A stretch of DNA of 64,000 nucleotides from Zhongshania sp. (GTDB taxonomy: Bacteria; Pseudomonadota; Gammaproteobacteria; Pseudomonadales; Spongiibacteraceae), in NCBI RefSeq assembly GCF_047636175.1, contig NZ_JBLIKC010000018.1, forward strand, positions 14,481-78,480. The letters are read 5' to 3'. Of this stretch, positions 51,534 to 61,718 are shown piece after piece. The position numbers were made by a program, and so were the translations under genes. How positions within the stretch are numbered: position 1 is the first letter of the stretch; every line of letters begins with the position of its first letter. The notes beneath the pieces were generated by a model, which ran no database searches, was not told the DNA's origin, and saw nothing but the letters and a program-made list of their open reading frames with translations.

Positions 51534-53948
51534 TTACCAAGCAAACGACAGCGATGCAAAAATCTTGCGGCCAGACTTTTGACGGGCGTTGTAGGAGCCG
51601 GGGAAAAATACGGTATCTAAGACCTGATTCAGTACTTTTTCTTCGGTTAAATTACTACCGCCCAAGGTTACAGCCCAACGTTGATCAGTGGAGCCCAGAC
51701 TAATCCTAGCCGACACTTGCGAGAAACCTTTGAGATAGCTATTGGGGTCTAAGTCCCCGTCGGTGTACTGATTACCCTGGTACAAATAATCTACACTGGC
51801 GCGCATGGCAAGGCCAAATAGCGGTAGGGTCAAGGTCGGAGTAATACTGGCGCTTTGCTCTGGCGCGAACGCAATACGCTTACCGCTGAGATCCTGCTTG
51901 GCATGAACACCCTGAGTAATCGGCGCTGGCGCATTGGGATAGCTGTCATATTTGGCATCTAGCAGTCCTAGCGATCCGGAAATACTAAGCGGCTCAAACG
52001 GCGTCAACCACATAAAGTCCATTTCCAAGCCACGGGATATTGCTGAAGCGGCATTAGTCACATCAAAGAACGCGCCGTTAAATGCCAATACCTGCAAATT
52101 ATCAAACTCGGTTTGGTACACCGCTGCATTCAAGCGCAGGGTGTTTTCAAAAAACTCGCCTTTAAATCCCGCCTCTATTGTCGCGGCTTCTTCCGGCTCA
52201 AAGGACAGATCTTCGCCGCCAAAAGACGAGGCATTAAAACCGCCGCTTTTATAGCCACGGGCATAGGTTAAAAATACATTAGTGTCGCGATTTAAATAAT
52301 ATTGAAACGCTAATTTAGGTGAAACATCGCTTTCCTTGCGACTTAAGCCTCGCTCATCGTAGTCTTCTGCGCTTAATGCCGACTCCATTATACAAGGCGT
52401 GCCCAGTGCGGCGGTGCGACAAACACCTTCTCCACTCGCATCCGCGACCTTTTGTTCGCGGCTATAACGAATACCCGGGGTGACAATAAACTGATCGGTC
52501 AAGGCCCAGCTCATTTGTGCAAAAACCGCTTGGGCATCCACATTCAAAAGGTAATCTAAACGAAAGAAATCTTCGCCACTGAGTGCGCCCGTTGAATTAC
52601 TGATCAAACCAATGCCGGCAAGGTTAAGCCCACCTAGCAAGCCTCCACTTGAAACACTGGTCTGTCCGGAGACCAGTTGCAAGGCGTCATCGGTGAGTAA
52701 ATAAGCGCCAAAGTCATCGCCAGTATTTATTTTCACACCCTGACTAAATCGCGAATCAAAGACATAAGCTCCCATTACAAATTCAACCCCCGAGCCGAGC
52801 CCAAATAGGCTGTCCGCCGTGCCGGTAAATCGTAGCTCGGCTGATTGCTGCTCGTAATCTGAGACCACCTCTAGCACCGCAAGGTTAGCCGGCGAGGTAT
52901 CCAGGTCGACCAAGCTGTCGATAGTTAATGCGGTATCAGCTAACACTAATACCATATTAAGATTATCTAGTGCGCCAACAGGAGCAATATCCCAGTCGGT
53001 TTTCAAGCCGAGGGTGTCAGAGGTCTTATCTAAGAAACCATCCTGATCATACGAACTGGTAAAATTATATGGATCGCCTTCAATATCGGGATCATAGTTT
53101 TTAAGGAAATCACTGCTGCCCTCATCTAGGCTCATTAACTGGAGGCCCCAGTAATTTGCCGATGTTTCTGAAGCCACACCCATCAATTCGAATGACACCT
53201 TTTCGGTGGGTAGAAATAATAATTTTATACGTTGGGCATTCTGTTCATGCTTATCATCTTGGCGATTCAAAAACTGATTGTGCAGCTGACCATCCCGGCT
53301 AATATCTTGTGCGGCGATACGAACACCAAACCAATCGGTAACCATGCCGCCAATACCCGCCTCTAAACTCACTTCCTCAGGATCGGTTTTATTCATCCGC
53401 AAATCCGCAGACAGCTGTTCAGTCGGACCTTTAGTGGTCACATTGAACACCCCAGCAATAGTGTTCTTGCCAAATAGAGTTCCCTGCGGACCCCGCAGCA
53501 CTTCAACTCGGGCAATATCGAACATCGCTTCGTTATAGTAAGAGGGGCGATTGAAGAATATTTCGTCTTGCACAAAGCCGACTGAACTATCAAAGGCCGA
53601 GTTAAGGGGATTAGAACCAAAACCACGGATATTAATTTGCGCCAGAGCAGGGTCAGTATCCGAAGAAAAACGCACATTCGGAATATAAGGGGCAATATCT
53701 TGCAAGCCGGTTGCGCCCACCTCGCGCATAAAGTCGCCGCTAACTGCTGTTAATGATATTGGTACGTCCTGAGATGATTGATTGACCTTTTGCGCGCTCA
53801 CCACCACTTCTTCCAACATGCGGCGACTAGACGAATCTGTGCTTTGCATTGACGTGGCATCTGACGACGTATCTGCCGCGATGACAGCTTGCGCCACACA
53901 GGCGACTATTCCCGCCGCCCACCAGCGCGTGTTTGAACCAATTAACAT
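51534..53948 (-). CDS. TonB-dependent receptor; start may be 53987
   Basis: Signal peptide, TonB box LEEVVVSAQK, plug EVLRGPQGTLFGKN, ARGYKSGGFN, terminal aromatic residue (SLSFAW). Confidence 0.93.
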   Translation of the reverse strand: MLIGSNTRWWAAGIVACVAQAVIAADTSSDATSMQSTDSSSRRMLEEVVVSAQKVNQSSQDVPISLTAVSGDFMREVGATGLQDIAPYIPNVRFSSDTDPALAQINIRGFGSNPLNSAFDSSVGFVQDEIFFNRPSYYNEAMFDIARVEVLRGPQGTLFGKNTIAGVFNVTTKGPTEQLSADLRMNKTDPEEVSLEAGIGGMVTDWFGVRIAAQDISRDGQLHNQFLNRQDDKHEQNAQRIKLLFLPTEKVSFELMGVASETSANYWGLQLMSLDEGSSDFLKNYDPDIEGDPYNFTSSYDQDGFLDKTSDTLGLKTDWDIAPVGALDNLNMVLVLADTALTIDSLVDLDTSPANLAVLEVVSDYEQQSAELRFTGTADSLFGLGSGVEFVMGAYVFDSRFSQGVKINTGDDFGAYLLTDDALQLVSGQTSVSSGGLLGGLNLAGIGLISNSTGALSGEDFFRLDYLLNVDAQAVFAQMSWALTDQFIVTPGIRYSREQKVADASGEGVCRTAALGTPCIMESALSAEDYDERGLSRKESDVSPKLAFQYYLNRDTNVFLTYARGYKSGGFNASSFGGEDLSFEPEEAATIEAGFKGEFFENTLRLNAAVYQTEFDNLQVLAFNGAFFDVTNAASAISRGLEMDFMWLTPFEPLSISGSLGLLDAKYDSYPNAPAPITQGVHAKQDLSGKRIAFAPEQSASITPTLTLPLFGLAMRASVDYLYQGNQYTDGDLDPNSYLKGFSQVSARISLGSTDQRWAVTLGGSNLTEEKVLNQVLDTVFFPGSYNARQKSGRKIFASLSFAW

Positions 53949-54139
53949 GATGACCCTACCTTTATTATTATTATTTGGCGCCGACATTGAGCATCGACTT
54001 GTTCAGATAGTCGCAAAAAACGGGGCGACTCTGAACATTTATATTGTCAACTATGTTTACATTATTAACGCGTCCACAAGCTGCCGTCAAGTGCCCTATT
54101 CCACACTTGAGGAAAGCCCAGATCGAAGAAATTCCACTG

Positions 54140-54177
54140 GACATTGACCCGCCCACAATGTCAATATAATTGACAAT
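54140..54177. promoter_or_regulatory. nested palindromes and a consensus -10 in the TonB receptor/GST divergent region
   Basis: GACATTG-N9-CAATGTC (54140-54162), GTCAAT-ATA-ATTGAC (54160-54174), TATAAT at 54165-54170. Confidence 0.5.
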
Positions 54178-54197
54178 TAAATAAGGAGAGTCGCATT

Positions 54198-54917
54198 GTG
54201 ATCGACCTGCATACCGTTCCTACGCCCAACGGCCATAAAATTTCAATCGCCCTGGAAGAACTGGGCCTAGAATACAATGTCATCCCCTACGACATCAGCG
54301 TAGGTGACCAATTTAAGCCGGAATTACTGGCGCTCAACCCCAACAATAAATTACCGGTGCTAGTAGACCACGACCCTATTTCAGGCAGTAGCGAGCCAAT
54401 GGTGATTTTTGAGACCGGCGCTATCCTCCTCTATCTCGCCGAGAAAACCGGCAAACTGATGGCGCAAGATCCCGCGACTCGCTTTCAGCAACTGCAGTGG
54501 CTGATGTTCCAAGTATCAAGTGTTGGTCCTTTACAGGGACAAGCCCATCACTTTATTCGCTATGCGCGAGTTCCGCAGGATTACGCCCGGGAACGCTATG
54601 TTAACGAAAGCCTACGTCAATGCCGCGTGCTAGAAGCTCAGCTCCAACAGCAAGACTATTTGGCTGGCGACTACTCTATCGCCGATATTGCCTGCTGGCC
54701 TTGGCTGCGCTGCTTGTCCTTAATTGATATTCATCTCGACAAAGACTTCCCCCGTTTGCACCACTGGTTTAAACGCATTGAAGAACGACCCGCAGTACAA
54801 AAAGGCAAGGATGTCATTCATGGCTGGGTCTATCAGCTGCCGCCAAATTTTAAAATGGAATTAGACGAGAAAACGTGGTCATATTCCTTCGGTGAAGAAC
54901 AATATCGCCAACGCTAA
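54198..54917 (+). CDS. glutathione S-transferase, Nu class (YfcG/YghU-like)
   Basis: TPNGHKI motif, FETGAILLYLAEK, YSIADIACWPW. Confidence 0.88.
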   Translation: MIDLHTVPTPNGHKISIALEELGLEYNVIPYDISVGDQFKPELLALNPNNKLPVLVDHDPISGSSEPMVIFETGAILLYLAEKTGKLMAQDPATRFQQLQWLMFQVSSVGPLQGQAHHFIRYARVPQDYARERYVNESLRQCRVLEAQLQQQDYLAGDYSIADIACWPWLRCLSLIDIHLDKDFPRLHHWFKRIEERPAVQKGKDVIHGWVYQLPPNFKMELDEKTWSYSFGEEQYRQR

Positions 54918-54941
54918 TAAATAGGCTTAATAGGAGTTTTT

Positions 54942-55712
54942 ATGCAGGACTTATTTTCGATTGCAGGCAAAACCGCTCTGGTCACCGGTGGCTCGCGTGG
55001 TATTGGTGCCATGATCGCTGAGGGCTTTGTGCGCGCCGGTGCCAAGGTCTATATCACCTCACGCAAGGCCAAAGAACTTAACGAGACCTGCGTTCGGCTG
55101 TCTGAGCTGGGCGAGTGTATTGCTATTCCCTCAGACTTATCTCAATTAGATGGTATTAAACAGTTAGCTGATGAGCTAATAAGCAGAGAGAGTAAACTGG
55201 ATATTCTGATTAACAACGCAGGCGCAACCTGGGGCGCTCCTATCGATGAGTTTCCGGAAAGCGGCTGGGATAAGGTCATGGATCTCAATGTAAAATCGGT
55301 GTTCTTTCTCACCCAAAAATTACTGCCCTTGCTGCGCAGCGCGGCGACCAAAGATGAACCTGCACGGGTTGTAAATCTGGCATCCATCTACGCATTGCGC
55401 TACTCACATCAGAATACTTTTTCCTACTCCGCTAGCAAGGCAGCCGTGCTGCAACTCACCCAGCAATTAGGTGCTAGCTTGATTAAAGACCACATCAATG
55501 TGAATGCCATTGCACCCGGCTTATTCCCCAGTAATATGACCGCCTTCTTAATGGAAGACGAAGAAGCCCTGAATAACAGTATTCCCATGAACCGCACTGG
55601 TAAGTTGGAAGACGCTGCGGGTACCGCCATTTATTTATGTTCACGCGCATCGTCGTATATGACTGGCGGACTGCTAGTTATTGACGGCGGATCAGTCGTC
55701 AGCGCCGGATAA
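54942..55712 (+). CDS. short-chain dehydrogenase/reductase
   Basis: TGGSRGIG, NNAG, YSASK. Confidence 0.9.
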   Translation: MQDLFSIAGKTALVTGGSRGIGAMIAEGFVRAGAKVYITSRKAKELNETCVRLSELGECIAIPSDLSQLDGIKQLADELISRESKLDILINNAGATWGAPIDEFPESGWDKVMDLNVKSVFFLTQKLLPLLRSAATKDEPARVVNLASIYALRYSHQNTFSYSASKAAVLQLTQQLGASLIKDHINVNAIAPGLFPSNMTAFLMEDEEALNNSIPMNRTGKLEDAAGTAIYLCSRASSYMTGGLLVIDGGSVVSAG

Positions 55713-55741
55713 AGCATAAACTCAAAAGACCTGAGCTAGCT

Positions 55742-56941
55742 ATGAATAAACCCCTCAAGGGCCTGCGCATTTTGGATTTAACCCATATGCTGTCGGGCCC
55801 ATTTTGCACTATGACACTAGCTGACCTCGGCGCTGATCTCGTCAAAGTGGAACCGATCAGCGGCGAAGGCACCCGCAAATTACTGGCCAACGACCCCCGG
55901 CATTCCATAGACGGCATGGGTGCGTATTTCATCACTCTAAATCGTAATAAACGCAGTATCGCTATCGATTTAAAAAGCGCTGAAGGTTTAGATATTTTTT
56001 ACGATTTAGTTAAAACCGCCGATATAGTGATTAATAATTTTGCCGCTGGCGTCCCCGCCAAACTCAAAATTGATTACCCACATTTGGCAAAGATAAATTC
56101 ACGCATTATTAGCTGCTCAATTACCGGATTTGGCGAAGACGGCCCCGGTGCAAATCGACCTGCCTTCGACCAAGTAGCTCAAGCCTATGGTGGCGGTATG
56201 TCCATTACCGGCACAGATGCCAGCCAGCCCATGCGAGCAGGTATACCTATCGGCGATTTGGGCGGTGGTATGTTTGGCATTATGGGAATACTTAGCGCAG
56301 TGATAGAACGTCATACTTCCGGTGTTGGCCAGCACGTTGATATCTCTATGCTCGATGTGCAGATTTCATTACTAAATTACATGGCCACCATGTATCACCT
56401 GTCGGGTGAGAACCCCCACCCTATCGGCAATAGTCATTTTGTGCACGTGCCTTACAACAGCTATCCAACCGCCGACGGCCATCTTGTTATTTGTGTGCTC
56501 ACCGATAACTTCTGGCACAAGCTAAAAGACTTGGTGAACTGCCCAGCCCTTGATAGCTCCAAATACGACAGCCAGCCAGGACGCTTGGCAGCCAAAGCAA
56601 TAATTGACCAAACCTTAGCCGATATTTTCCGCCTCGACAGCACCGCAAACTGGCTAACAAAATTAAATGACGCACGGATTCCAGTCGCACCGGTTAATAA
56701 TTTTGAGCAGGCATTAAATGACCCACAGGTGCAGCATCGCAATATGGTCGTTGAGCTAAAGCACCCCTCAGGTGCGAGCACCAAGGGTCCAGGCAACCCC
56801 ATTAAACTGTCACGCAGCAATGAAGAATCCTTCTCTGCGGCACCGCTACTGGGCCAAAATACTGATGAACTGATGGCGGAATTAAGCAACTACTCAGCAG
56901 CGGATACCGCGAGACTAAAAGCCGCGGGTATCATTGCCTAA
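55742..56941 (+). CDS. CaiB/BaiF family III CoA-transferase
   Basis: LDLTHMLSGP, LNRNKRSIAIDLK, PAFDQVAQA (catalytic Asp region). Confidence 0.9.
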   Translation: MNKPLKGLRILDLTHMLSGPFCTMTLADLGADLVKVEPISGEGTRKLLANDPRHSIDGMGAYFITLNRNKRSIAIDLKSAEGLDIFYDLVKTADIVINNFAAGVPAKLKIDYPHLAKINSRIISCSITGFGEDGPGANRPAFDQVAQAYGGGMSITGTDASQPMRAGIPIGDLGGGMFGIMGILSAVIERHTSGVGQHVDISMLDVQISLLNYMATMYHLSGENPHPIGNSHFVHVPYNSYPTADGHLVICVLTDNFWHKLKDLVNCPALDSSKYDSQPGRLAAKAIIDQTLADIFRLDSTANWLTKLNDARIPVAPVNNFEQALNDPQVQHRNMVVELKHPSGASTKGPGNPIKLSRSNEESFSAAPLLGQNTDELMAELSNYSAADTARLKAAGIIA

Positions 56942-56963
56942 GAACACACCAAAAGAATACCGG

Positions 56964-57887
56964 ATGACGAATTACGCCATGGCTGAAAAAATTATAATTA
57001 ACGATGTTGGTCCCCGCGATGGCTTGCAAAATCAAGCGGTAACACTTGAACCACAACAGCGCGTGGCCTTAATTCAAGCATTGCTCAAAGCCGGTGTAAC
57101 ACATATTGAAGTAGGCTCATTTGTATCTCCTGCCGCTGTGCCAGCAATGCGTGGCACTGCTGAGGTCATCGTCGCGCTACCTAAAGGCGATTTTCACTTC
57201 TCTGCGCTCATCCCTAACCTCAAAGGGTATGAATTAGCCAAAGCCTCTGGCATCGACACGGTTAGCCTTGTTATTGCCGCCAGTAACGCCATGAATGAAA
57301 AAAATATTCGCATGAACAATGCCCAAGTCTTAAGCTTTGCCAAAGACGTATTGGGCAGAGGTCAAGCGGATAACTTTCGCACTCTCGCCTGCATTGCTAC
57401 CGCCTGGGAGTGTCCTTTTGAAGGTTTGATACCGGAGAAAACGGTGATCGACTTATGCAGCGAATTATTCGCCGCCGGCGCCCCCGAAGTGGTATTAGCC
57501 GATACCATTGGTGCGGCCTCACCAGCGCAGGTGAAGTCACTTATGAGTAAGCTAGTCGCGGAGTTTGGTGCACAGCGCCTGTCATGCCATTTTCACGACA
57601 CCCGCGCAATGGGCGTCGCCAATGTTTTCGCGGCAATAGAATGCGGTATACGTAAATTCGATTCTTCGATTGGCGGCTTGGGCGGCTGCCCCTTTGCACC
57701 CGGTGCATCGGGTAATGTCGCCACCGAAGACGTGGTGCTCATGCTAAATCAAATGGGCTTTGATACTGGTATCGACTTAGCCAAGCTTGTACTGGCTGCC
57801 GATTTAGTAGCCGAGCAAACCGGCGCACATGCGACTGCAAATTCTGCAAAATGGATTAAGCGACAAATTGAAAAAGGTCTGCTTTAA
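56964..57887 (+). CDS. second HMG-CoA lyase family enzyme; start uncertain
   Basis: DVGPRDGLQN, HFHDT, GLGGCPFAPGASGNVATED. Confidence 0.88.
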   Translation: MTNYAMAEKIIINDVGPRDGLQNQAVTLEPQQRVALIQALLKAGVTHIEVGSFVSPAAVPAMRGTAEVIVALPKGDFHFSALIPNLKGYELAKASGIDTVSLVIAASNAMNEKNIRMNNAQVLSFAKDVLGRGQADNFRTLACIATAWECPFEGLIPEKTVIDLCSELFAAGAPEVVLADTIGAASPAQVKSLMSKLVAEFGAQRLSCHFHDTRAMGVANVFAAIECGIRKFDSSIGGLGGCPFAPGASGNVATEDVVLMLNQMGFDTGIDLAKLVLAADLVAEQTGAHATANSAKWIKRQIEKGLL

Positions 57888-58113
57888 CTCAGTTAAATCG
57901 ACAGATCAAAGTGATCGAATACTAATCATAGATTAGCAAACTAACACCTCTAGTACTGCGAAAATATATCACTCTAAATTCTTAGCGGATCCCCAAGAAA
58001 TCAATACTATTCAGTGCAGCGGTCCATTGACCTAAGTAGTAATAACGAACGCCCCTTAGCGAATGCCTCAGGGCTTTTTCCGTTCAGAACATCCGCTCAG
58101 CACCAATACATTT

Positions 58114-58767
58114 TCACTCAGAATGGCTCTCTTCAGGAAGATAGGGGCCAGGCAGTAAACCTAGATTCGGGGCATTAATGGCTACCGTATTAGCGGCAGA
58201 TGAAAGCGCTGGTGTGCGATCAACAATGGAACCGGCAATCTGATCTACAATTGCGCCAATTATGGCGCCAGCTAAGCCACCACCACCGTCGCCGGATGAC
58301 TGTTGGGCAAACGCACGCGTCGTCCACAATAACTCTCCAGACCTCGCATCAATGAGCTTAAGTTCAGAATCCACAATAGTCGCCGAGTTAACCAATTGAA
58401 ACTTCTGTCCCCATTGATTAATGGTGGTATATAAAACCGCATCAGCACCGATAATCTCACGTAGCTTTTGCAGTGGCACGCCATTCATTTCACCGGGCGA
58501 AGGCAAGCCATTCTCTTTCAAAAATTGATCGATAACAGCTACTGGAAAAACGTAATACCCCTTCTCTGCAAGCGGCTTAGACACAGTAGAAATAAAGGTG
58601 TAGGGAGCATTTACGGCCACTGATTCATTGAGTGGCGGAATAACAAGGATGGAGCGAGGCTTATTCGCTTCAAGTGCAGAGTAGTCATATGGTGCGACCT
58701 GGCAAGCGGCAAGCGAAAAAGCCAGCAGCACAAAAAAACCTGCTTTACTGATTATCGACCTGTTCAT
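58114..58767 (-). CDS. DUF799/GNA1162 family lipoprotein
   Basis: Lipobox LAAC, PRSILVIPPLNES, LAEKGYYVFPV, GADAVLY. Confidence 0.85.
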   Translation of the reverse strand: MNRSIISKAGFFVLLAFSLAACQVAPYDYSALEANKPRSILVIPPLNESVAVNAPYTFISTVSKPLAEKGYYVFPVAVIDQFLKENGLPSPGEMNGVPLQKLREIIGADAVLYTTINQWGQKFQLVNSATIVDSELKLIDARSGELLWTTRAFAQQSSGDGGGGLAGAIIGAIVDQIAGSIVDRTPALSSAANTVAINAPNLGLLPGPYLPEESHSE

Positions 58768-59126
58768 TATCGCGCTCCTTGCTGCTGTAAGCGTGATAAA
58801 AACCCATCGATCATCACTGCAGATTCTGGGTACAGCGCTTTCTCCTGGAGAAAAGCCGTCGTCGCCTGTGGCAGATTACCCACGGCGCTATACATATAAG
58901 CTAAATGGCCATACACACCCGGAGGAACGGCTTGGCCATTATCCTGAGCGCGCTGGATATCTTGCGTTAATTTTTGAATTTGCAGGTCCGGTGGTGCCTC
59001 GCCGGGTTTGACATACATCTTATAGATCAGGTCCTCATAGCTACCCCAGTAATACATGGATTTTTGGGCAGGCACGCACGCGACACACGTCAGCGCTAAC
59101 ACGCAGACTAAAATAATATTTTTCAT
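58767..59126 (-). CDS. DUF4810 family lipoprotein
   Basis: Lipobox, YYWGSY, VPPGVYGHL, EKALYPES. Confidence 0.85.
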   Translation of the reverse strand: MKNIILVCVLALTCVACVPAQKSMYYWGSYEDLIYKMYVKPGEAPPDLQIQKLTQDIQRAQDNGQAVPPGVYGHLAYMYSAVGNLPQATTAFLQEKALYPESAVMIDGFLSRLQQQGAR

Positions 59127-59141
59127 TGGAGTCCTTTCCTG

Positions 59142-59840
59142 TTAACTACCGGCCGACCAAACTCCAGCTTCCAAATCACGAACCATATTATTAACTGCTT
59201 CGGTGATGGCGAAATTGAGTACCTTGCCATTTAGTGTGGCGTCATAGCCTGCCGTACCGCCAAAACCAACAACTTCGCGGTTACTCAGCGCATATTCACC
59301 CGCACCCTGAGTGGAGTAAACAATCTCAGAAGTGGTCACATCAACTATATTAATCGACACCTTGGCATAGGCAGTTTGGGTTTTTCCCGAGCCTAGTATT
59401 CCGAATAACTGTTGATCGCCCGTCGTCTTTCTACCAAATTCAGTAACATCACCAGTGACTGCGAAACGCGCGCCACTTAGTTTCTGTTTTATACCGCTAA
59501 GCTTTGCTTCTTCAGCAATACGCGCCATATTTTCGCGATCAACGACGGTAAAGCGATTGGTTTGCTGGAGATGGGTTTTTAAGATGGTCTTTGCCTGATT
59601 ACCCAACTGATCGGAACCAGAGCTGAAAATACCCTGCAGATAATTTGAGCGATTATCAAACTGACCAACCACTAGCACCTGCTTGCGACCTGAGTAGGCT
59701 GTGCCATAACTAGCGACCGTCTGCGATTGCACTACCTGATGCGATTCGGTCGCGCAGGCAGACAGCATTAATGCTGCGCCAATCGCTGCCAAGGAACGCC
59801 CTAAATGATGAAAATATTTTAAACTCTGAATAGTCAACAT
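59142..59840 (-). CDS. CsgG/HfaB family lipoprotein
   Basis: Lipobox LSAC, FDNRS, RFTVVDRENM, GDVTEFGR. Confidence 0.85.
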   Translation of the reverse strand: MLTIQSLKYFHHLGRSLAAIGAALMLSACATESHQVVQSQTVASYGTAYSGRKQVLVVGQFDNRSNYLQGIFSSGSDQLGNQAKTILKTHLQQTNRFTVVDRENMARIAEEAKLSGIKQKLSGARFAVTGDVTEFGRKTTGDQQLFGILGSGKTQTAYAKVSINIVDVTTSEIVYSTQGAGEYALSNREVVGFGGTAGYDATLNGKVLNFAITEAVNNMVRDLEAGVWSAGS

Positions 59841-60073
59841 CTGCCAAGTCCATTTATTAAGTTATGCGCAATTATGGCCGCGAGCTGTTCCGCGCGTCAA
59901 TCTGCTTGTGATAAAAAGGAGTCGTAAATAGGAGCTATTTATGCAATTCAGCCCCGATTCTGAGCTGACCGTTATTTTTTGGCTTAAGAAAAAAAACTAA
60001 GACGCGAGCCGCTAAGTGTGATCGCGTGATGCACCAAACATAAAGCCATAACTCAGCGAGATAACATTAGCAC

Positions 60074-60979
60074 TTAGACTGCAGCGTCAGCGCCTCGGAC
60101 ATGCACCAAGATCAAACTCACTAACTCGTCTAGTAGTGCTTCGGGTAAGTCGTGGCCCATCCCTTCAATAATTTCGAGGCGGGCATTGGGGATGCGGCGC
60201 GCGGTATCTTTCGCGCCTTTAAGCGGCAACATAGGGTCTTTGTCACCGTGTATCACTAAGGTGGGGCTTTTAATTTTATGAAGTAGCTTCTGACGATTAC
60301 CGCTGGCCATTATCGCCGCCATATGACGCGCCTTACCAGCTGGGTGATGGCCACGATCATAAGCCGCTTCAATTCGCGCTCGCAGCTGTTGCTCTGGATC
60401 ACCGAGTTCTGGGCTCGATATTAATCGCCACGTTTTTAGGGAGTGGGCAATTTGCGCCTCGCGATCGGGAGCCGCTTTATTCAATATATGCCAAAGCACT
60501 TTTGGCTTCATGCCGCCAAAACTGGAACTAGACATCAGCGACACCAGCGAACTAACTCGTTCAGGATAATTAGCCGCCATCAATTGGGCAATCATACCGC
60601 CCATCGATGCGCCCACAATGTGAGCACTAGAAATATTCAGCGCGTCGAGCAGTGCAACCGTATCGGCGGTCATATCATCTAAGGTATACGCCACGTTTAA
60701 TGGCAACTTGAATTGTTGACGCAGCCGCAAGCCAATAATGCTTAGCGGCCTGTCGTCATCTACTTTAGTAGACAAACCAACGTCGCGATTATCGAAGCGA
60801 ATGACGCGATAGCCGCCGTCTGCAAGCAGATGACAAAAGGATTCTGGCCACACTATTAACTGACTGGCGTAGCCCATAATGAGCAAAATTACCGGCGCGT
60901 CGGGCTCGCCAATGTCTTCGTATGCCAGTTCAATACCATCACTTACTACAATACGGTCTCGTGTCCATTCCATGCCCAT
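60074..60979 (-). CDS. alpha/beta hydrolase
   Basis: RFDNRDVGLS, GASMGG, IHGDKDP, GMGHDLP. Confidence 0.88.
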   Translation of the reverse strand: MGMEWTRDRIVVSDGIELAYEDIGEPDAPVILLIMGYASQLIVWPESFCHLLADGGYRVIRFDNRDVGLSTKVDDDRPLSIIGLRLRQQFKLPLNVAYTLDDMTADTVALLDALNISSAHIVGASMGGMIAQLMAANYPERVSSLVSLMSSSSFGGMKPKVLWHILNKAAPDREAQIAHSLKTWRLISSPELGDPEQQLRARIEAAYDRGHHPAGKARHMAAIMASGNRQKLLHKIKSPTLVIHGDKDPMLPLKGAKDTARRIPNARLEIIEGMGHDLPEALLDELVSLILVHVRGADAAV

Positions 60980-61108
60980 GACACCTTACATTTGATATAA
61001 ATTGTGATAGCAGAAAACCCTATGGGGTCGGCCATTATTAATGGTGCAACGCCGCCAAGAACTCTCGGTGAATACACACTGCAACAATATGCGCTGAACA
61101 AGTTTACA

Positions 61109-61510
61109 TTAGTGATTATGAATTAGGTCGCTGTCATGATCTTTAAAAAAAATACGGAAGGGCCACTCTCTGCTTTTACCGATATACACATAAAATCCGT
61201 AGCGATCTTCACTATAGTCTTCTACAAACTCATAGCGGGCTGGCGGAGCGACATCTTTTGATTTTAATGCCGGCGCGGTGACCAATATTTCTTCAATTTC
61301 CATTGGCGGGGAGTCGCCTTTACGCGGCATCGATATTAATACCCGGTATTCACCCGACATTTCTCCACGCTCTATCGACTCAACGGTGACGCCGGTTTCC
61401 TCATCAACAAAACCGATCTCGCCTAGAATATTGCCGGTTTCGGTAGCGCTTGCAGCGCAGATAAAACCACTGGCAAAAAGGCATGCAACAATACTGCGTA
61501 AGTGACTCAT
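61109..61510 (-). CDS. hypothetical secreted protein
   Basis: Signal-peptide-like N-terminus; internal EIEEILVTA; no recognised domain. Confidence 0.65.
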   Translation of the reverse strand: MSHLRSIVACLFASGFICAASATETGNILGEIGFVDEETGVTVESIERGEMSGEYRVLISMPRKGDSPPMEIEEILVTAPALKSKDVAPPARYEFVEDYSEDRYGFYVYIGKSREWPFRIFFKDHDSDLIHNH

Positions 61511-61671
61511 TCTTATTGTCCCATTGTTATATTCGACTCAGAAAGTCAAATATCAACTATTACGATAATCGTCTGATGCTAACACCCATTGTCTATGGCT
61601 GTTAAGCAAATCCGGCCGAGTATTACTTAGTATACAAGCCTTTGCTGAATGCGCGACGCAATAGCACCCAC

Positions 61672-61695
61672 AAAAAAGCCGCCCGAAGGCGGCTT
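61672..61695 (-). terminator. intrinsic terminator after the fadE27-like gene
   Basis: AAGCCGCC-CGAA-GGCGGCTT with a U6 tract on the minus strand. Confidence 0.85.
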
Positions 61696-61718
61696 ATTAA
61701 TGACAACACTCACTTCTA

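Noticed and set aside
59142-59840. Curli biogenesis locus
   Set aside because: No curlin repeat genes or csgE/F nearby; the neighbours are DUF4810 and DUF799
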